Part shown: one piece after another, positions 36,500 through 50,800 of the stretch
Numbering within the stretch: position 1 is the first letter of the stretch
Layout of the letters: each line of letters opens with the position of its first letter
Assembly (NCBI GenBank): GCA_039621445.1
Contig: CP154954.1
Span: 18,896,642 to 18,960,641, forward strand
Source of the DNA: Euglena gracilis
Taxonomy: Eukaryota
Direction of reading: 5' to 3'
DNA length: 64,000 nucleotides
Made by a program: the position numbers and the translations under genes
Notes under the pieces: generated by a model
What the model was told of the DNA's origin: nothing
Database searches by the model: none
The model's input: only the letters and a program-made list of their open reading frames with translations

Positions 36500-37195
36500 T
36501 CTGTATGCATGCATGTATGCATGTGTGAATGCCTGCATGTATGTTTGCCTGTATGCATGCATTCATCTATGCATGTCTGCATCTATGCATCCATGCATAT
36601 ATACACACATGCATGCATACTATCTGCCTGTCTGCCTGCCTGCCTGCCTGCTTGCCTGTCTGTCTGCATGCATGAATGCATGCATGCATGTCTGTCTGTC
36701 TGTCTGTCTGTCTGGCTGTCTGTCTGCATGCATGCATGCATGCATGCATGTACGTACGTACGTATGTACGTATGTATGTATGTATGTATGTATACGTATG
36801 TATGTATGTATACGTATGTATGTATGTATACGTATGTATGTATGTATGTATGTATGTATGTATGTATGTATGTATGTATGTATGTATGTATGTATGTATG
36901 TATGTATGTATGTCTGTATGTATGTATGTCTGTATGTATGTATGTCTGTGTGTATGTATGTATGTATGTCTGTGTGTATGTATGTATGTCTGTGTGTATG
37001 TATGTATGCTTGGATGCATGCATGTATGCATGATTGTGTATATGTATGTATGCATGTATGTATGTATGATTGTGCATATGTATATGTGTATATATAGTAC
37101 ATGTACATGTGTGTATATGTATGTATATGTGTGTGTGAACCTTATATGTATGTGTGTATATATATGTATGTGTATATATGTATATATATATAGAC
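36500..37195. repeat. (TATG)n/(CATG)n/(TGTC)n compound microsatellite
   Basis: Directly visible. Confidence 0.95.
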
Positions 37196-38399
37196 AGTCG
37201 TGATGATATATTTTGACGATATGGTCGTGTTTATTCTGACGGTTTCTCTCGCACATCGCCTGCCAACACGTGAATTTGCCTGCCAACATGTGTCGCCAGA
37301 CGCTCAAAGCGAACCGAACGAACACTCCTCTGATTCACCGGAACGGATTTGTTCAGTTTCTTCGCAACTGATTGTGTCCTTGCTCTCGGCATTGCGGAGG
37401 GCAGCTCACGAATTCAAGCCAACTGTGTTTCCGTGCGCGAAAACTGGTCCAAACCTCTCTGATTTTCAGGCGGACTGGAGTATAACTCTCTTCCGAAAGC
37501 AAAAATCGTTGTCTGGCTGCAAGCGGGCAATCGCTGGTGTTATTTTTTTATCCTTTTTTCTAAATGGTTGGGGCCAGGTCGAGCTTCGCGCTTCAATTGG
37601 AGGAGATCCTGCTTGTTGCTGAAATGAGCGGTTTTTTTCTTTGCGTTTGACGTCACTACTTTTTTTTTCGAATGTCCGAAAACGTGAGCCCCATGGCCTA
37701 TGCTTTGAGGGAGACGGCTGCAGCAGCAAAAAAACACCAGCAGCAACACAACAGTTTGCCCTTGTGTGGTCTCGCCCGCGGCGCTTTTGCGACACCTCGG
37801 GCTCCGCACTTTGCCCTTGCGAGGCCATGTCTTTTTCCACCGGCGAAAAACGCATCCCCCCACAATCGGACTCCACGACACAGGAAGGGGAGGAAGGGGC
37901 CAACGCATAAGACGACGGCGAGGGCCTTCTTTCTTTGCGCGCTGCTCTGCTCTTGTGTGGCTGGTGTGTGCGGGGGTGCTTTTTACTGCGTCTTTTTCGA
38001 CGGAGCTGGTCGTACTCCCTGGAGGCAAAACGACACGGGGGGCACTGAGGGCGAGGCACAAAGACCTTGTGAGGCCATGCCTTGTTCGCCGGCGGTTTGC
38101 TGCGTGGATTTTTTTTGCCGTGTTTGGCCAGGAGGTCCCGCTTAGTGCCGCCTCGCCGGTGTTGGCTAACGATGCTGCTCCGAGTTTGCGACGTGGCTTC
38201 TTACCCCTGGGGTCCCCCCCCTGCCCCCCTGACCCCATTTTCTGACCGAGGGCTTTTGAAGATTAATTTCTTTTACGGGTGGGGGGGTCGGGCTCACAAG
38301 ATCTTTGCTTCGCCCTCGGTGTCCCTTCCTCCCGTGTCGTGTTGCCTCGAGGGAGTACGAGAAACCTCGGGCTCCGCACTTTGCCCTTGTAAGGCCTTA

Positions 38400-41300
38400 T
38401 TCTGCACTGAAATTAGGGGGGCCAGGGCATTTTACAGGGTACCTTGGGCACCAAGTCGTTGATAATGGGCTTTGAAAGCCTCCGCCCGCCTCCGCTGGCC
38501 AACTTCAAAAACTTCTTGGGCAGAAAGGCCCAATTTTTTTTTTAGTAAACCAACTCCCGCTCCTCTGTTGGAATGGGCCTCACACACCTGGGGGGGTACC
38601 CCTTTTCTGGCCAAAAAAAATCTTTTGCAATGGAAGCAACGGTGTCTTCATTTATGGCCCTGAAGGGGGGTTTTAATGAAATCAGAAGGGGGCCCCCAGG
38701 TCTGACGAATGAACGTGTGGCCGCCACATAAGACATCATTAAATGAAAGGGGCTTATTTGTGGAATTTTGGGAATGTACACTACCCTCTCCCACTTGTGA
38801 AACTTCTGGCCTTTACGCTCAGTTTTTACGTAGGGTGCCCTACCCAACACACTGGTGGTTCGTTTGACTTGTGCCTAGTCTGAGGATCTGTATAAACAGA
38901 GGATTCGTGAGCAGAAAATAAGTTGTGTACGCAATGTACAAATATCAGTGGGCATTGGGGCCTTGGCCAGCCCCAGGAGGATTGGGAGAGAATCCCAAGG
39001 TGCCCCATACTTCTCCAGATTTTGGTTCCAAAGCCTCTTGTACGGGGTCAACAGGGTGTGGAATATTGGCCCACCAAACCCAGGAACCAAAAACATAGCA
39101 CTGTATGCATAACGGGCTTGAGCCTTGGAAAATTAGAATAGTTGTACTAAAACATCAGCCACTTGGTCTGTGGTGGCTTCAGGGGGGGGGAGAAGTACAA
39201 AAGCACTCTGATAAACGTTTTAAACTGGGGTTTCCCCCCAGGAAATCGTCACTGGTTTTAACCTGATTTTGTTTCCCCTCCAATATTTGCCTGAACAAAT
39301 CATGCAAAACAGGTGCCACCTGGAGGGTGGCATTTGTTCCCCCCGGCAATTGGTGAACATACCGTTGTAGGGCGTCATTTTCAGGCAGGGGGTCCTTGGA
39401 ACTTTCGTTTTTATTAATTGCGGCCACAAGGTGGCTGAATCCCAGTAGGTGGTGACCATCAAAAGATTGGTCTGGGGAAACGTTTCAACCTGGGAAGAAA
39501 ATTTTGAATTATTGACCAGCGGGGGTGTGCATAAAGGTCCCCCATGTTGTCCAGTGGACATTATAATGCATTCACTGCTGTGGTATCCTAGTGGGGCCAT
39601 CTGGCCACGAAATTGGGCATTTTTTTGTTGCCTAGGGAGGCAAATAAGTGGGTTTCCATATTTATAAAATTTTGGAAGTGCTGTCTTAACCATTGAAAAA
39701 GTTGGGGATCTAAGGAGTAATCCCCCTTGTCCATTTCCCATCCGCTTATGCGGTCTGCCAGGCATTCCTTTGAAGGCCCCCAGTTGACTTGGAGGTTTAC
39801 TTGGTTCTCTACGCACCATTTTAAAAATGGTCTTAGCATTGTGTTGAAGGGGTCCTTTCTGCCCCCCTCCCCCTTTGGTCAGGTAATAGTAAAATACCTG
39901 GTTGTCTACGGACAAAGAAACTGTTTGCCCAGGTTTGCTCAAACTTTTCACAGTTCTGATTGCTGAACTGAGCTCCTTTACATTTATGTGTAAAATGGAG
40001 TCTTTTTTCCAAAATTCCTGCACAAGTTTTCATGTGTGGATGTCCAGCCCCCCCCCCCCCCAAGGCATGGGTGCTGCTGTAACTCCCTGGTTGCATTTTG
40101 GGGGCAGAGTCTGCCCTCCCAGGTGTCCAGTAGAGTTTTTATTTCCCTTAATTGGGCTTTTATTTCCGGAGAAATGGGGTGCTTTGAGTCCCAGGGGGCT
40201 GTGTACTTTGCCACCAAAAAAATTGCCAGTGTATCCGTAAAAGCCCTTAAAAAGTGCAGTGCCATTAGATTCCATCTTTTTTGACCCAAAATGGCAGCGA
40301 ACTGCCTTTTTGACATGTAATATTTTTTCACAATTTTTCCCAGATCCTATTTAATGGCTTTGACTTTCTACGGGGGGCACTGGAAGTTTGTTTGAAAACC
40401 CAGATGGGTTACCACTTGTGTCGGCTGCAGGGTGGACTCTTCCACGTTGATTTTTTACCCTGAATGGAGAAAATCTTTGACGAATCTGTTCAGGTGACTT
40501 TGCAAAATAATTTGGGTGGGGACAACCAGTAAAATGTCGTCCAGGTAAATAAACAGCTGGGTGCCCCTTTTTCTCCACAGTTTTTCGAATGTTTTCATCA
40601 CTCACATGAAAATTTTGGGCATTACATTTAGCCCAAAGCAGCCTGCTTGAAATTCCTGGGTCTGCCCCCCTACCTGATGCCTTAAAACTGGCCTTAGGCC
40701 TGGACTTGATGGAACATGAAAACAGGCATCCTTCAGGTCCATTTTTGCTGACCAGTGGCCTTTTTCCAAAACTGGAAAGATGTACTGGACATGATCCAGA
40801 TTGAAAGGGTTTACTTGAAACTGCTGATTGATTTCTCTGCAATCGCTGATCATTCTCCGTTTTGTTGTTCCTCCTTCTGGTTTCGAAATTAGAAGCCGGA
40901 GGATTAAATGCTGGGTGTCTGAAACCGAAACTCGTTTTATCGAACCAGTTTTTTCGTAATCCAACAGATTTTTTTCTGCCTGGTTCAGGTCCAAGTTGGC
41001 TCTGGGTTTTGGGTGGGTGGACAACTTGGGGGGGCTTACCCAGGGGGTTTGAATAACATTTTTTATCAGTTGAAACGTTGCTGGGGGAGCATTTTTTTTA
41101 CCACAATTTTAGACTTTTCTGAAGTCTCTGGTACAGGGGGGTGTCTTCCGTTTTTCCTGCATGGAATTTCTTCCCTGAATTACATTATTCTTTGGGGGCT
41201 AGGTGGAGGGTGTCAGAACATTTCACAGTCCCTGGAGCCACTAGGGATTGAGCCTTTGGAAAAAGCAAATGTTCCTGGGGGGATGTTCATGCAGTCTCCT

Positions 41301-42650
41301 CTCTTGCCGCTCTCTGTCTGGAAGATGTAGTTGTTGGAATACATACCGTGGGGCTTAATGGCTACTGTGGGACCCCTGTTTGGCCTATCTGGTCTGATTG
41401 ACGTTGATGGGGTTGGTAGCCATACCATAGGGGTGCCTCTGAGTGTCCCTCCCTGTCGCTTGAATAAATGCTGGTGGGGAGTCTCCCCCTTCCTGTTGCC
41501 AGCTGGCCCCTGGGGGACCGTCTTACTCTTGGGGCTGGACAGGGGGATGCCCATTTAAATACAAAGCCCTTGCAGGGCTATCCATTAGCTTCTCGGGGGC
41601 CTGTGAGGGAGCCCCCCTGTGGCTTTTTTTGTAATTTATGCCCTTCTTGTTGAACTTTTTGGACCCAGTGACCTCGATGACGCAGGCCCCAATGGCCTGA
41701 TTAGGTTCTGGGTCGCCATGCCCATTTGACATCTTGAGGGGTTCCTGGGCCCCACCCTTGACCCCTGGGGGATGGTGTGATTGAGAAAGGATGGGGATGG
41801 TGTGTCTGTCTTTTTCTGTCCCTGCTATGTCCTGTGGGGTCTAGGTGCTGGTGGCCACCCTGGCCTTTGTTCCAGCAACTTCTGATGATATGGATGCCTC
41901 CATTGCTGGTTGTGCCGTCATGGCTTTTGTTGCCTTCATGGCCTGTGCGGTTTTGGCTGCCGTAGCCCCCGCTTTAATGCCTTGCCTGCTTTGAGTTGTT
42001 GGCCACCATGGCATTGGTTCAAATGGCCGTAGTTTCCTGCTGGTTGTTGGATCTGTCCCTTGCGGGGTCTTCTGACAACTGTGTATTCCAGGGCGAAGCC
42101 CCCTTACAGTTTAAAATTCCAGCCAGGAATTCAGGCCAAAGGGCCAGAGCCCGCATGGGCAGATGGAACCAAGGCCAACGAAGAGAACATCACAGATGCC
42201 ATGGGGACCAGTTTTTCAAGCCAACCAACACTGGAAGAGGACAACCAAAAGGTGTGCCAAAAGCTTCTTTTCAAAAAGCTTTTACCACGTTCCACACAAT
42301 TGGGCAGGGTCCTCAATGCCCCCCAAGATTTCGAGTGGGCATCACATCCAAGGACAGAGCAGGATGTCCCAGACCCAAGGGGCTCAAGGTCATTCAACAA
42401 GGGCAGGGGACCTTTTAAAGGCAGGGCCATGGCGGCCAATATCTGCTTGGCCAGGACGGCATTCCCTAGGCCATGAAGGCAACACACCAGGGCCATGGAG
42501 GCCATTTATTTCTAAGCCCACTGGGCACATTATGCCCAGTCCATTACTCCCTTGTCGGTTTGCATCGATGGAGGCAAACCCTCCAAGAGGGCTGTAGTTC
42601 GAATAAAAAGCTCGCAAATTGCTCGTTTTCCTGAGGTGAAATGCCGCCAG
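38400..42650 (-). mobile_element. Degenerate DIRS-like tyrosine-recombinase retrotransposon (gag-RT-RNaseH-MT-YR)
   Basis: RT: DCREIN..KMDLKDACFHVP..CFGLNVMP (~40610-40860) and IYLDDILLV (~40525-40550). RNase H: HINVKEL..VDNQV..LADRIS. Adenine-MTase-like: HLFASLGNKK..FVARW..LYAHPPW (~39500-39660). YR: AHSNRGAG..FKAHY (~38460-38580). Many frameshifts. Confidence 0.88.
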
Positions 42651-45119
42651 ACTGTACGTTTGAACCCCAGACCTTCTAACCCCCCCCTCCTAATAAGTGC
42701 ATGGTCGCGTGCCTTTTAAGGTCGTAGTTTCGGACCCTAAGTGGTGCACACTTATTGGGGCAGTGTGCACTTCTTAGGGCAAAGCCGAAAATACTGACAT
42801 TACGCCCACCCTTTTTCAATTTCCCCCCAAGTTTTGTTATTTCAAGCTATGGGTCAAGTGATTATGTGTCAGATATGTCCAATTTGGGCCTGGACGACAG
42901 AAATATTTGGTCTGTGAAGGACAGTTCTGAGAATTGTGTGTGCTCTCCGGCCTGGGATATGACAGTTATTTCAGCTTTGCGGGGGTGTGCACTTTTTAGG
43001 GAGGTAGTTTCGGACCCTTGGGTGGTGAACACTTATTAGGGCATTGCGCACAAATAGAGCAATGGTGTCAAACGTTTTGGGTAAAAATACCAATGGTTTT
43101 GGCTGAAGGTGGTGCAAAGTGGGTCTTAAACGTAGAAGTAGGGGACCCCATACCTCTAATATTCAGAACACCTTTTGGGGGGTAGCAGTAATAAGTTAAA
43201 GTGACATATTTCGTTGTAGTTTGGAAAGGCCACGGTCAGAGATAGGGACATATGTCCACGCCGGTGGTAATTTGCAGAATCCCTCCCGTTGGCTTTCCAA
43301 GTCTGTCTTCTGACCAAGGTGAACAATTTAACACCAACCCTGGGCACAGTCCTGAAGGTTCCTGCTGAGATCGGTTGGATGGTGAAGACGGATCAGTCGG
43401 AAGTTTAGAATAAAACGTTCCCTGAAATAAGACAGTGAGAATTATACCTCGCAAGCTATCCCCGTTGACTCTGGAAATTGTGAACCAAGGAGGAAGGAAT
43501 GTGTTGTTTCCGTCGCAAATACCCGATAATAAAGTGCCATCCAGGGGCCATTATGGATGTTTTATGGGCTGCCTTCGACAATTTCTGAACATGTCTTCAT
43601 AGATAAGAATTATAAGGACTGGTGTTTCTGTAGTTTGCAGCACAAATTAACAGGGGCCACCATACAGCGGAAATAAGGAAGTGGCAAATCAGCAGACTTT
43701 AAAGATGACTTTGATCCTTCAATCACTGACACTGGGGAGTTTGCATAAATTTCTGATAATTGAGCCAGGGAACGAGACAGGCTGTCTGTCGCCACAGCCT
43801 GAAACTATGGCCCGGGAGCAACAATGATGGTAGTTTTTGATTTCCGGGGAAGCCAATCTGTCAACGGTGGTGTCTATAAAGGTCACTAAAATATTCTGAC
43901 TTGTTTGACCACATGCTTATGACATCACTTCTCATTTCCTGGGGAAGGCTCCAGCTGCCTTGTGAATTGATTTGGTTTTCTAATCACCCGTGAAGGAAGG
44001 GGTGAATGATGATAGTGTTTAAACAAATGGTGATCATGATGGTATTTATATGGAGCATTCTGCCATTACCCCCTTTGGAAAAAAATAATCGGAGACTTTT
44101 TTGTAGTGAGTTAAGGAGACAGTGCCTTTGGTTGAGGTAATGATCTTGCTGTTGTAAATGCTCCTCTGAGCTCGCTCACGTTTTTGCTGCCCTTATATTA
44201 AAAAACAGTGTTTTCGCTGTCGTTAACGATTAGGCCCGTACAGGAAAGTTCTCTCCAAAGTTATTGGCTGTGAGCTCCATTTGTTTGACGTTACTCCCTA
44301 CACGAACATGGGAATTCCGGGCTCGAAGTCTCTGTTGGCTGAAGAATAAAATGGTCTGCCGTCCCGAAAGTGCACTAACCCCACCCCCCCAAATGAACCC
44401 CCCGGCTGTACATTTTGGACGTGATTTAAAGACCCTCAGGGTGGCGTTTTATTTTTTTTGGATAAAGTGAATTTTTTTGGGTGGCCTCTGTTACTTTCGG
44501 CAGCCTTCGATTGTTGGGGGTGTGTAGTGCAATTTGCCAGAGCTCCAGGACTTCCACTTTGGCTCCTTCATGGCCAAGCTGGTAGCGCGAGAACCGGAGG
44601 CCTTGGGCCAAATCAAGGCACTGCTACAGACAGTGATCCTTCCGCAGTTTTCCCAAGTTTCAAATGTTGCAGGTCCGTTTTCATTGGTTGCGACAGTGTA
44701 ATTTTTGCGACTTTCAGGTGCTTTATTTGGGCTAAGCGTGTTAGCAGGTGATGAATGTTGACATGTGAAGTTTACCCATTTTGATTGGCAACCATTTCGA
44801 ACTAAAGTCACCCAAAAGTGTTTCAAAAATGGGTATTTTGGACGGATTAGCCATAATTACTCAGGCGCCTGTTCGGGTGTGAAGCCTGTTCCCCGTAGAA
44901 AAAATTTCAGGAACCATGTCCCAGTGTACGTAGGTCAGGCCACCCGCCATTGGACGATCACGGAGCGGAAGCTTATACTGCTTGCCGTGGCAGGTCTGCT
45001 GGCAGGGCCACCCGCCAAGTTCCGTGCGATCAACACTTAAACCTGGGCGTCATTGCGTGCACGCTGGTCGATCCACGCGGTATGCTCTCTGCCGGTGTGG
45101 GATCCCAGGACTCACACGG

Positions 45120-45626
45120 AGGCGCTGGAGGAGCTCGACTACTCTGTCGTCTCGGTGGACGCCGAACCGCGGTGGACGACGGACAAGACGTTGGACGTAC
45201 GGCGCTGGCGGTACTGGGAGGAGTACTGACCCGGCAGCTTTGACGTGGTCGCTGTCTCGCCGCCGTGTACCGAGTACTCCAGCACGACGACGACCAGGGT
45301 GCAGCGGTATCGGAAGGCTGACTTCACGTTCCGCAAGACAAGGGAGATCATCGCCTACCTGCGGCCGTCCCTGCGGTGGGTGGAGAGTCCGCGCTACAGG
45401 AAACTCCGCCACCGCAAGATCGTCGAGAACATGCAGTACGTCGACGTGGACTACTGCGTGTTCGAGGGCGTGGGGCTACCGCAAACGCACCTGTTTCTGG
45501 ATGGTGGACTCCACGTCCCACATGTAGGACATAATGTGTGACGTGCAGTGCGACAACACCGTGAAGCAGCAAGATGGACGGCGTCATCACTGGCGGCATC
45601 TGGGAGGTACAACTCAGCAGCGCTGC
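45120..45626 (+). repeat. Inverted duplicate of MTase segment 47341-47838
   Basis: About 500 bp of near-identical reverse complement, sharing the same TGA stop. Lacks motif I. Confidence 0.92.
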
Positions 45627-47299
45627 CCGCAATGTCTCACAGACATCAGGGACACGCTTCTGGTCGAACTGCTCGTCCGTCTTCTCCGCTCCCTGGCACG
45701 TACTGACGATGATGTCGTCGAAGTACAGGCGGGAGTGCTCCTTTATCCGCACGCCAGCGGCGTCGATGCCCTGCGGCAGAAGGGCGGGCCCGACGTTGAT
45801 CCCCTGCAGACCACACGCCACTGCTACAGCCTTCCCGGCAGCTGGACGTCCGTCACCGGCTGGCTCTCCTCCGCCAAGGGCACCTGGTGGAACGCGTCCC
45901 GCAAGTCAATGGTGCTGAAGAGGGAACACTTCGCCTGCTCTGCCACGATGTCCACCTTCAAGGGCAAGGACTAGCTGTCCGCCACGATCTGCAGGTTTGT
46001 CACCACGTTGTCACAAACCATCCTCCATTTGTCGTTCTTCTTCCGAATAGGGAAGGCGGCCGCCATTAACGGCCCTCGACCAGGCTCCACCTACCGGTAT
46101 CGGCGGCACTCCATCTCCCGCACACCCTCCCGGCCGCTCGCCCTTCTGGTTGATCACCCTCCCAACCACCGGTTGGGCTTTTGGCTTTAGGCAAACCACC
46201 GCCATCCCGTGCTGGCCTCTGGGCGGCGTGTTGGGGTGGACGCGGTGGCAGAAGACGCGGCCCTCGAACTCCTTGACGGTTTCTGCGTACACCTGGACGA
46301 CCGGCGGGTGCCGCTCCTGCGCCTCGGCCGTGACCACCCCATGAAATTCCTTCGCCTCCTTTGCCGCGTCGATCAGCACGACCACCATCGCCTCCTCCTT
46401 CGGCGTCCAGTGTCATGTCCTGCTCGTCTCCTTCGGGGCCGTTGACCCCGACGGTGAGCCTCATCTTCGTCACCTCGGCCACAATCTCCTCCTCCACTTC
46501 AAACGGCGTGCGAAACAGCTTCAATCTCGGACGGTCGCGTAGGTTTGGGTGCTCATAGCTGCGTTCTTGCTTGCTTCTGCTGTAGCGATGACCCATCGGG
46601 GTCGTCGTGGAGCTGGAGTGCATCCCGCCAAGGTGGAACGTCCAGCTGGTGCTCCTTCAGCCACGGCTAAACCAGGATCAGGTGACACCTGATGTTGCCG
46701 TCGTGGACGGTGATTTTCTTTGCCTCCTCCTCACTCCTCCATTCATGTCTCCTTCAATCTTCGCGTTGAGCACAAGGAGGACAATCGCCTCGTTGCTGCC
46801 GCCAGCCAGCAGGTGCCGCGCTGAGTATGAATCATCCGTTCAGGAACAAATCCCGTCAGAACACTGATGTCTGTGCACCCGTTTCGGTGAGGGCCTTCGC
46901 GTTCTCCTCCCGGCCGTTAATCAAGATGACGACATCAAGAAAAATCTGACAGCTGATGCCCTACCTATCCATGCGGCCCACTTGGAAGGGCCTGGAGGGG
47001 CGTTAATGCAACGGACGGACGGGGACCTTGTCGACATTCCGTGGGGTGGGGTGATCGTCCGCGGTGGTGACGGTCCCGGCAGGCGGTTCTTTGGGCGGCT
47101 CGGCAGTGGTACGCGTTGCTTGGCGGGTGCACGATGGCAACTGTCGGCGCAGTGCCTGGGACGACGCTGCTGAACGCGCAGGCAGCGTCATCCCGCTTGA
47201 CGGTGCGGGTGTTGACGCAGACGCGGGTGATTGGCGACCGCGCTGGCGGTCTGGACGTCACAGCTGCTCGGCATGTTGGTGGGGTGCGCTCGCATAGGT

Positions 47300-47875
47300 A
47301 TCGGGACTCCCTCAGGAATGCAGTACGCTTGCTCTCGGGTGCAGCGCTGCTGAGTTGTACCTCCCAGATGCCGCCAGTGATGACGCCGTCCATCTTGCTG
47401 CTTCACGATGTTGTCGCACTGGACGTCACACATTATGTCCTGCATGTGGGACGTGGAGTCCACCATCCAGAAACAGGTGCGTTTGCGGTAGCCCCACGCC
47501 CTTGAACACGCAGTAGTCCACGTCGACGTACTGCATGTTCTCGACCATCTTCCGGTGGCAGAGTTTCCTGTAGCGCGGACTCTCCACCCACCGCAGGGAC
47601 TGCCGCAGGTAGGCGATGATCTCCCTTGTCTTGCGGAACAGGAAGTCAGCCTTCCGATACCGCTGCACCCGGGTCGTCGTCGTGCTGGAGTACTCGGTAC
47701 ACGGCGGCGAGACAGCGACCACGTCAAAGCTGCCGGGTCAGTACTCCTCCCAGTACCGCCAGCCCAACGTCTTGTCCGTCGTCCACCGCGGTTCGGCGTC
47801 CACCGAGACGACAGAGTAGTCGAGCTCCTCCAGCGCCTGCTTCACTGAACCCGTTCCGGAGAACAGGTCCAGTTG
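47300..47875 (-). pseudogene. DNA (cytosine-5) methyltransferase domain, degenerate
   Basis: Motif I LDLFSGTGSV, VVSVD, motif IV FDVVAVSPPCTEYS, ENP-like WVESP, VDYC, WGYRKRTCFW and C-terminal AYCIPE. In-frame TGA at 47738-47740 plus frameshifts. Confidence 0.88.
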
Positions 47876-50800
47876 CCACCTCTTCGGCGATAAGGTTGAT
47901 GGGAGCGATGTGTCCGGCTTCGGTGCCGCCCGGGTGAAAGATGTGCTCTGCAGGGTGAACCAGGCCTTGGTCGCCGCGGGTGCGGAGCGTGGTGCCGCTG
48001 ACGGCACTGTTGATGGCGAGGGCAGCCTCGTCCGGCGGCTTGGTGGCGCTGGGGTTGTGTGTGTAGGTTGCGGTCGCTGCGGTGCGGACTGGAGCGGTGC
48101 TCGCTCGTGCTGCTGTCCGGATGGGGGCGTCGCGGTGGCAAGGTGCTGCGTGGACGATGACACGGAGTCTGCTGCCATGGCGGGGACGAGGACAGCGCAG
48201 ACGAGACCGGTCGCGCCGCAGACGGTCGGTCGGCACGACGGGACTTCTTTTGGCCCTCCTTGACCGTGTGCTTCAGGGCACGGTCTCCCCCCTCCCTGGG
48301 AGATTCGGGGCTTGGGGTCTGGGAAGTGTGCGGGGTTCTTGGGTGATTGCCCGCACGCTCACACTGGCGTTGGGATTTCACGGCCGGCCCAGACCCCGAT
48401 CCCTGGTGCCTGGGCAGCCCCGCCTTTGTCCTTGGACTTTTCTTTTCCTTGGTCTTCTTTTTCTCCACCCTTGGCCGTGCCTTTTCCTTTGCCTTCATCT
48501 TGTCTTTGGGCATTCGATGACCACTGCTCGCCTTGGTCCCCACCACGGATTCCTTTTCCTTCTTTTCCTTGACATGCAGTCGATGACCACTGCTCGGCTT
48601 GGTATCCAGCCTTTCCTTTTCTTTCATCACTTGTCCATGAGGTCGATGGATACTGTTCCGGCTACCCATGGCCCCCTGGGCCTATGCCTTTGCCTTGGGG
48701 CGTGGGCGCCGGTAGCATTGGCAGGCGCAGTGCTTGGGCTTCTTCAGTTGTATGTTCGCCTTCTCCACCGCCTAGTTGTAGGGTTCCTCGGTGGTGTCGC
48801 CGACAACCACGTCCCGCTGCCACCGTGGCACCGGCCGCTTCTCCGGGATCTCCTTGTCCCTCTCAGGGGTCATCTTCGCCTCCATCGACAGCCATCTCCC
48901 CGTGAGGGTGTGGAAAGTCCTTCGCCGGTAGATCGCGGGAGTCGGCCGTCACCGTGACGATGCTTCTGCCCCCCAGCCGCCGGCGGTTGTACACTTCCTT
49001 CACCAAGGTACGGTGCCCGTCGTCAACGGCCACCACCACAAAGCGGCGACCCACCTTCCGAACCAAGGCTGGGGACACAGTGGTCTCATTGTTGATTATC
49101 TCCTTCACCAACGACACAATCGTGTCCGTCGGCAGCCCCTGCAGCACGATGGACCAGTGTTTCACAAGCTTGTTCTCCTCCTGCACCACCTTCCAGCGCC
49201 AGGTGGAGGGGCATGGCCTCCACAAGGAACTTCCCCGGCTCCTCCTCCTCCATGCCCACCTGCCTCGCCCCCCAGAGTGGAAGGCCGCGTCTGCCGCACT
49301 TCAGGGGCGGATGGACCGCCTCTGCAGTACTGTCGAACTTCATTGGCTCCAAACGCGAAGGAGATGTGGGACTTCTTGGCGGCGGTGCAAATGGCCGCCG
49401 CCGTGAAGGACGATTTGGACCAGCAAGGTGTGGTGGTGCAATAGCTGAAGCAAAACATTGTGGCCCAAGAATCGTTCCATGTGGACCTGATGGAGACGGT
49501 GGTCACGGTGAAGGATGATATTGTCAAACTACGGCAGGGTATATCCCACTTCACAAGCTCATGCCCATGGTTGCAACGACGGGGGTGCTGATGACGTGTG
49601 TGAATAAGTACACCCGCGACGCGCTCGGGGACTTCGGTGAAGATCTCCGGAGAGTACGATCCAAGGTGACGGGGGCGGAGGAAAATGCACCGGCGGCAGA
49701 GATGGCGGTGAAGAGCGGTGTGCTGGTGAATTGTCTCACCGAGCTGGTGGAGGTGGTGCACCTCAAGGCCGCACTACAAGAGCTACTACAGGTGAAGGAG
49801 CGTCAGCGTGCCGAGAATGCTCGGCTGCAGAAGAAGACCCACGTCACCGAGGGGCAGTTTTGCCGCCCTCGCACCTAAGATGGATGCGACCGTGGAGGCT
49901 TAAGGCAAAGCTGGGAAGGTGCCCCCGCACCTCGCGGTGAGCTGCAGTATCAGCACACCGAGAACGCATGGCTGAAGGAGCAGGTCAAGTACATGACAGG
50001 GCAAGTGTACACCCTCATCAGCATGGTGAAGGCCGCTGCGACCCGACGACCTAAGGTCGCCAAGCTGCCGTCACCGATGCCGGGGAGGATCCAGAAGGTG
50101 GAGACGGAGAGCCAGAAGCTGAGCACCGAAGCCCAGGCGGTGGCCAATGGCCATGCAACGGCTTGCTGCGGAGTGCCCGGAGAGAAGATCAGGGAAGTGG
50201 AGATCGAAGTGCAGAAGGTGAACGTTCAGACGCAAGCCGTGATGATGGCCGTGCAGCGGCTGGACCAGATCGTCTTCAAGGTGGTCGCATCCTCCCAGGC
50301 CAAGGATGTGCCGGCAATGCCAGCCAAAGCTCAGCCAGCCATGGCTGAGCGGCAACCGATGCCGGTCGCCCGGCCAGTGCCCAATGTGAGGGCAGTCCAG
50401 ATGGAGAATTGCATGCAGCAGGTGAGGTGGCCGTGGTGCAGGAGAAACCTTTGTCCACCCTCTGACCAGCCCTTCGGCTGATCCGGAAGAGGGCCGCGAC
50501 GGGGGGAAGTTTCCCGTCCCTCTCCATCGCGTGCCTTCTGCCGTCCCCGTCGCGAGCGAGTCCGGGTGCGTGAGGTCCGCGTCGCCGCGGTGCGGGCCCG
50601 CCAGCAGCCATGCGTTTCCTCCCCGCGCCGCTGGTCAACTCCGTCATCGGCCTCCAACCCAGGCCGGTTCCCGGGAATCCCGAGGATTGGCCACAGTGGC
50701 GGAGGCAGTTGCTCATGTTCCTTCGGGAACGTGAGCAGGCTTGGTCGTCGATCGCGTCAGCCCAGTGCCTCGCCATGTTCTGCGGGGCTCTTGACGAGGC

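Noticed and set aside
37620-38400. Repeat shared with 62700-63670 (ACCTCGGGCTCCGCACTTTGCCCTTG) as ends of one giant element
   Set aside because: The motif recurs several times within each block, and no clear termini or TSD could be defined.
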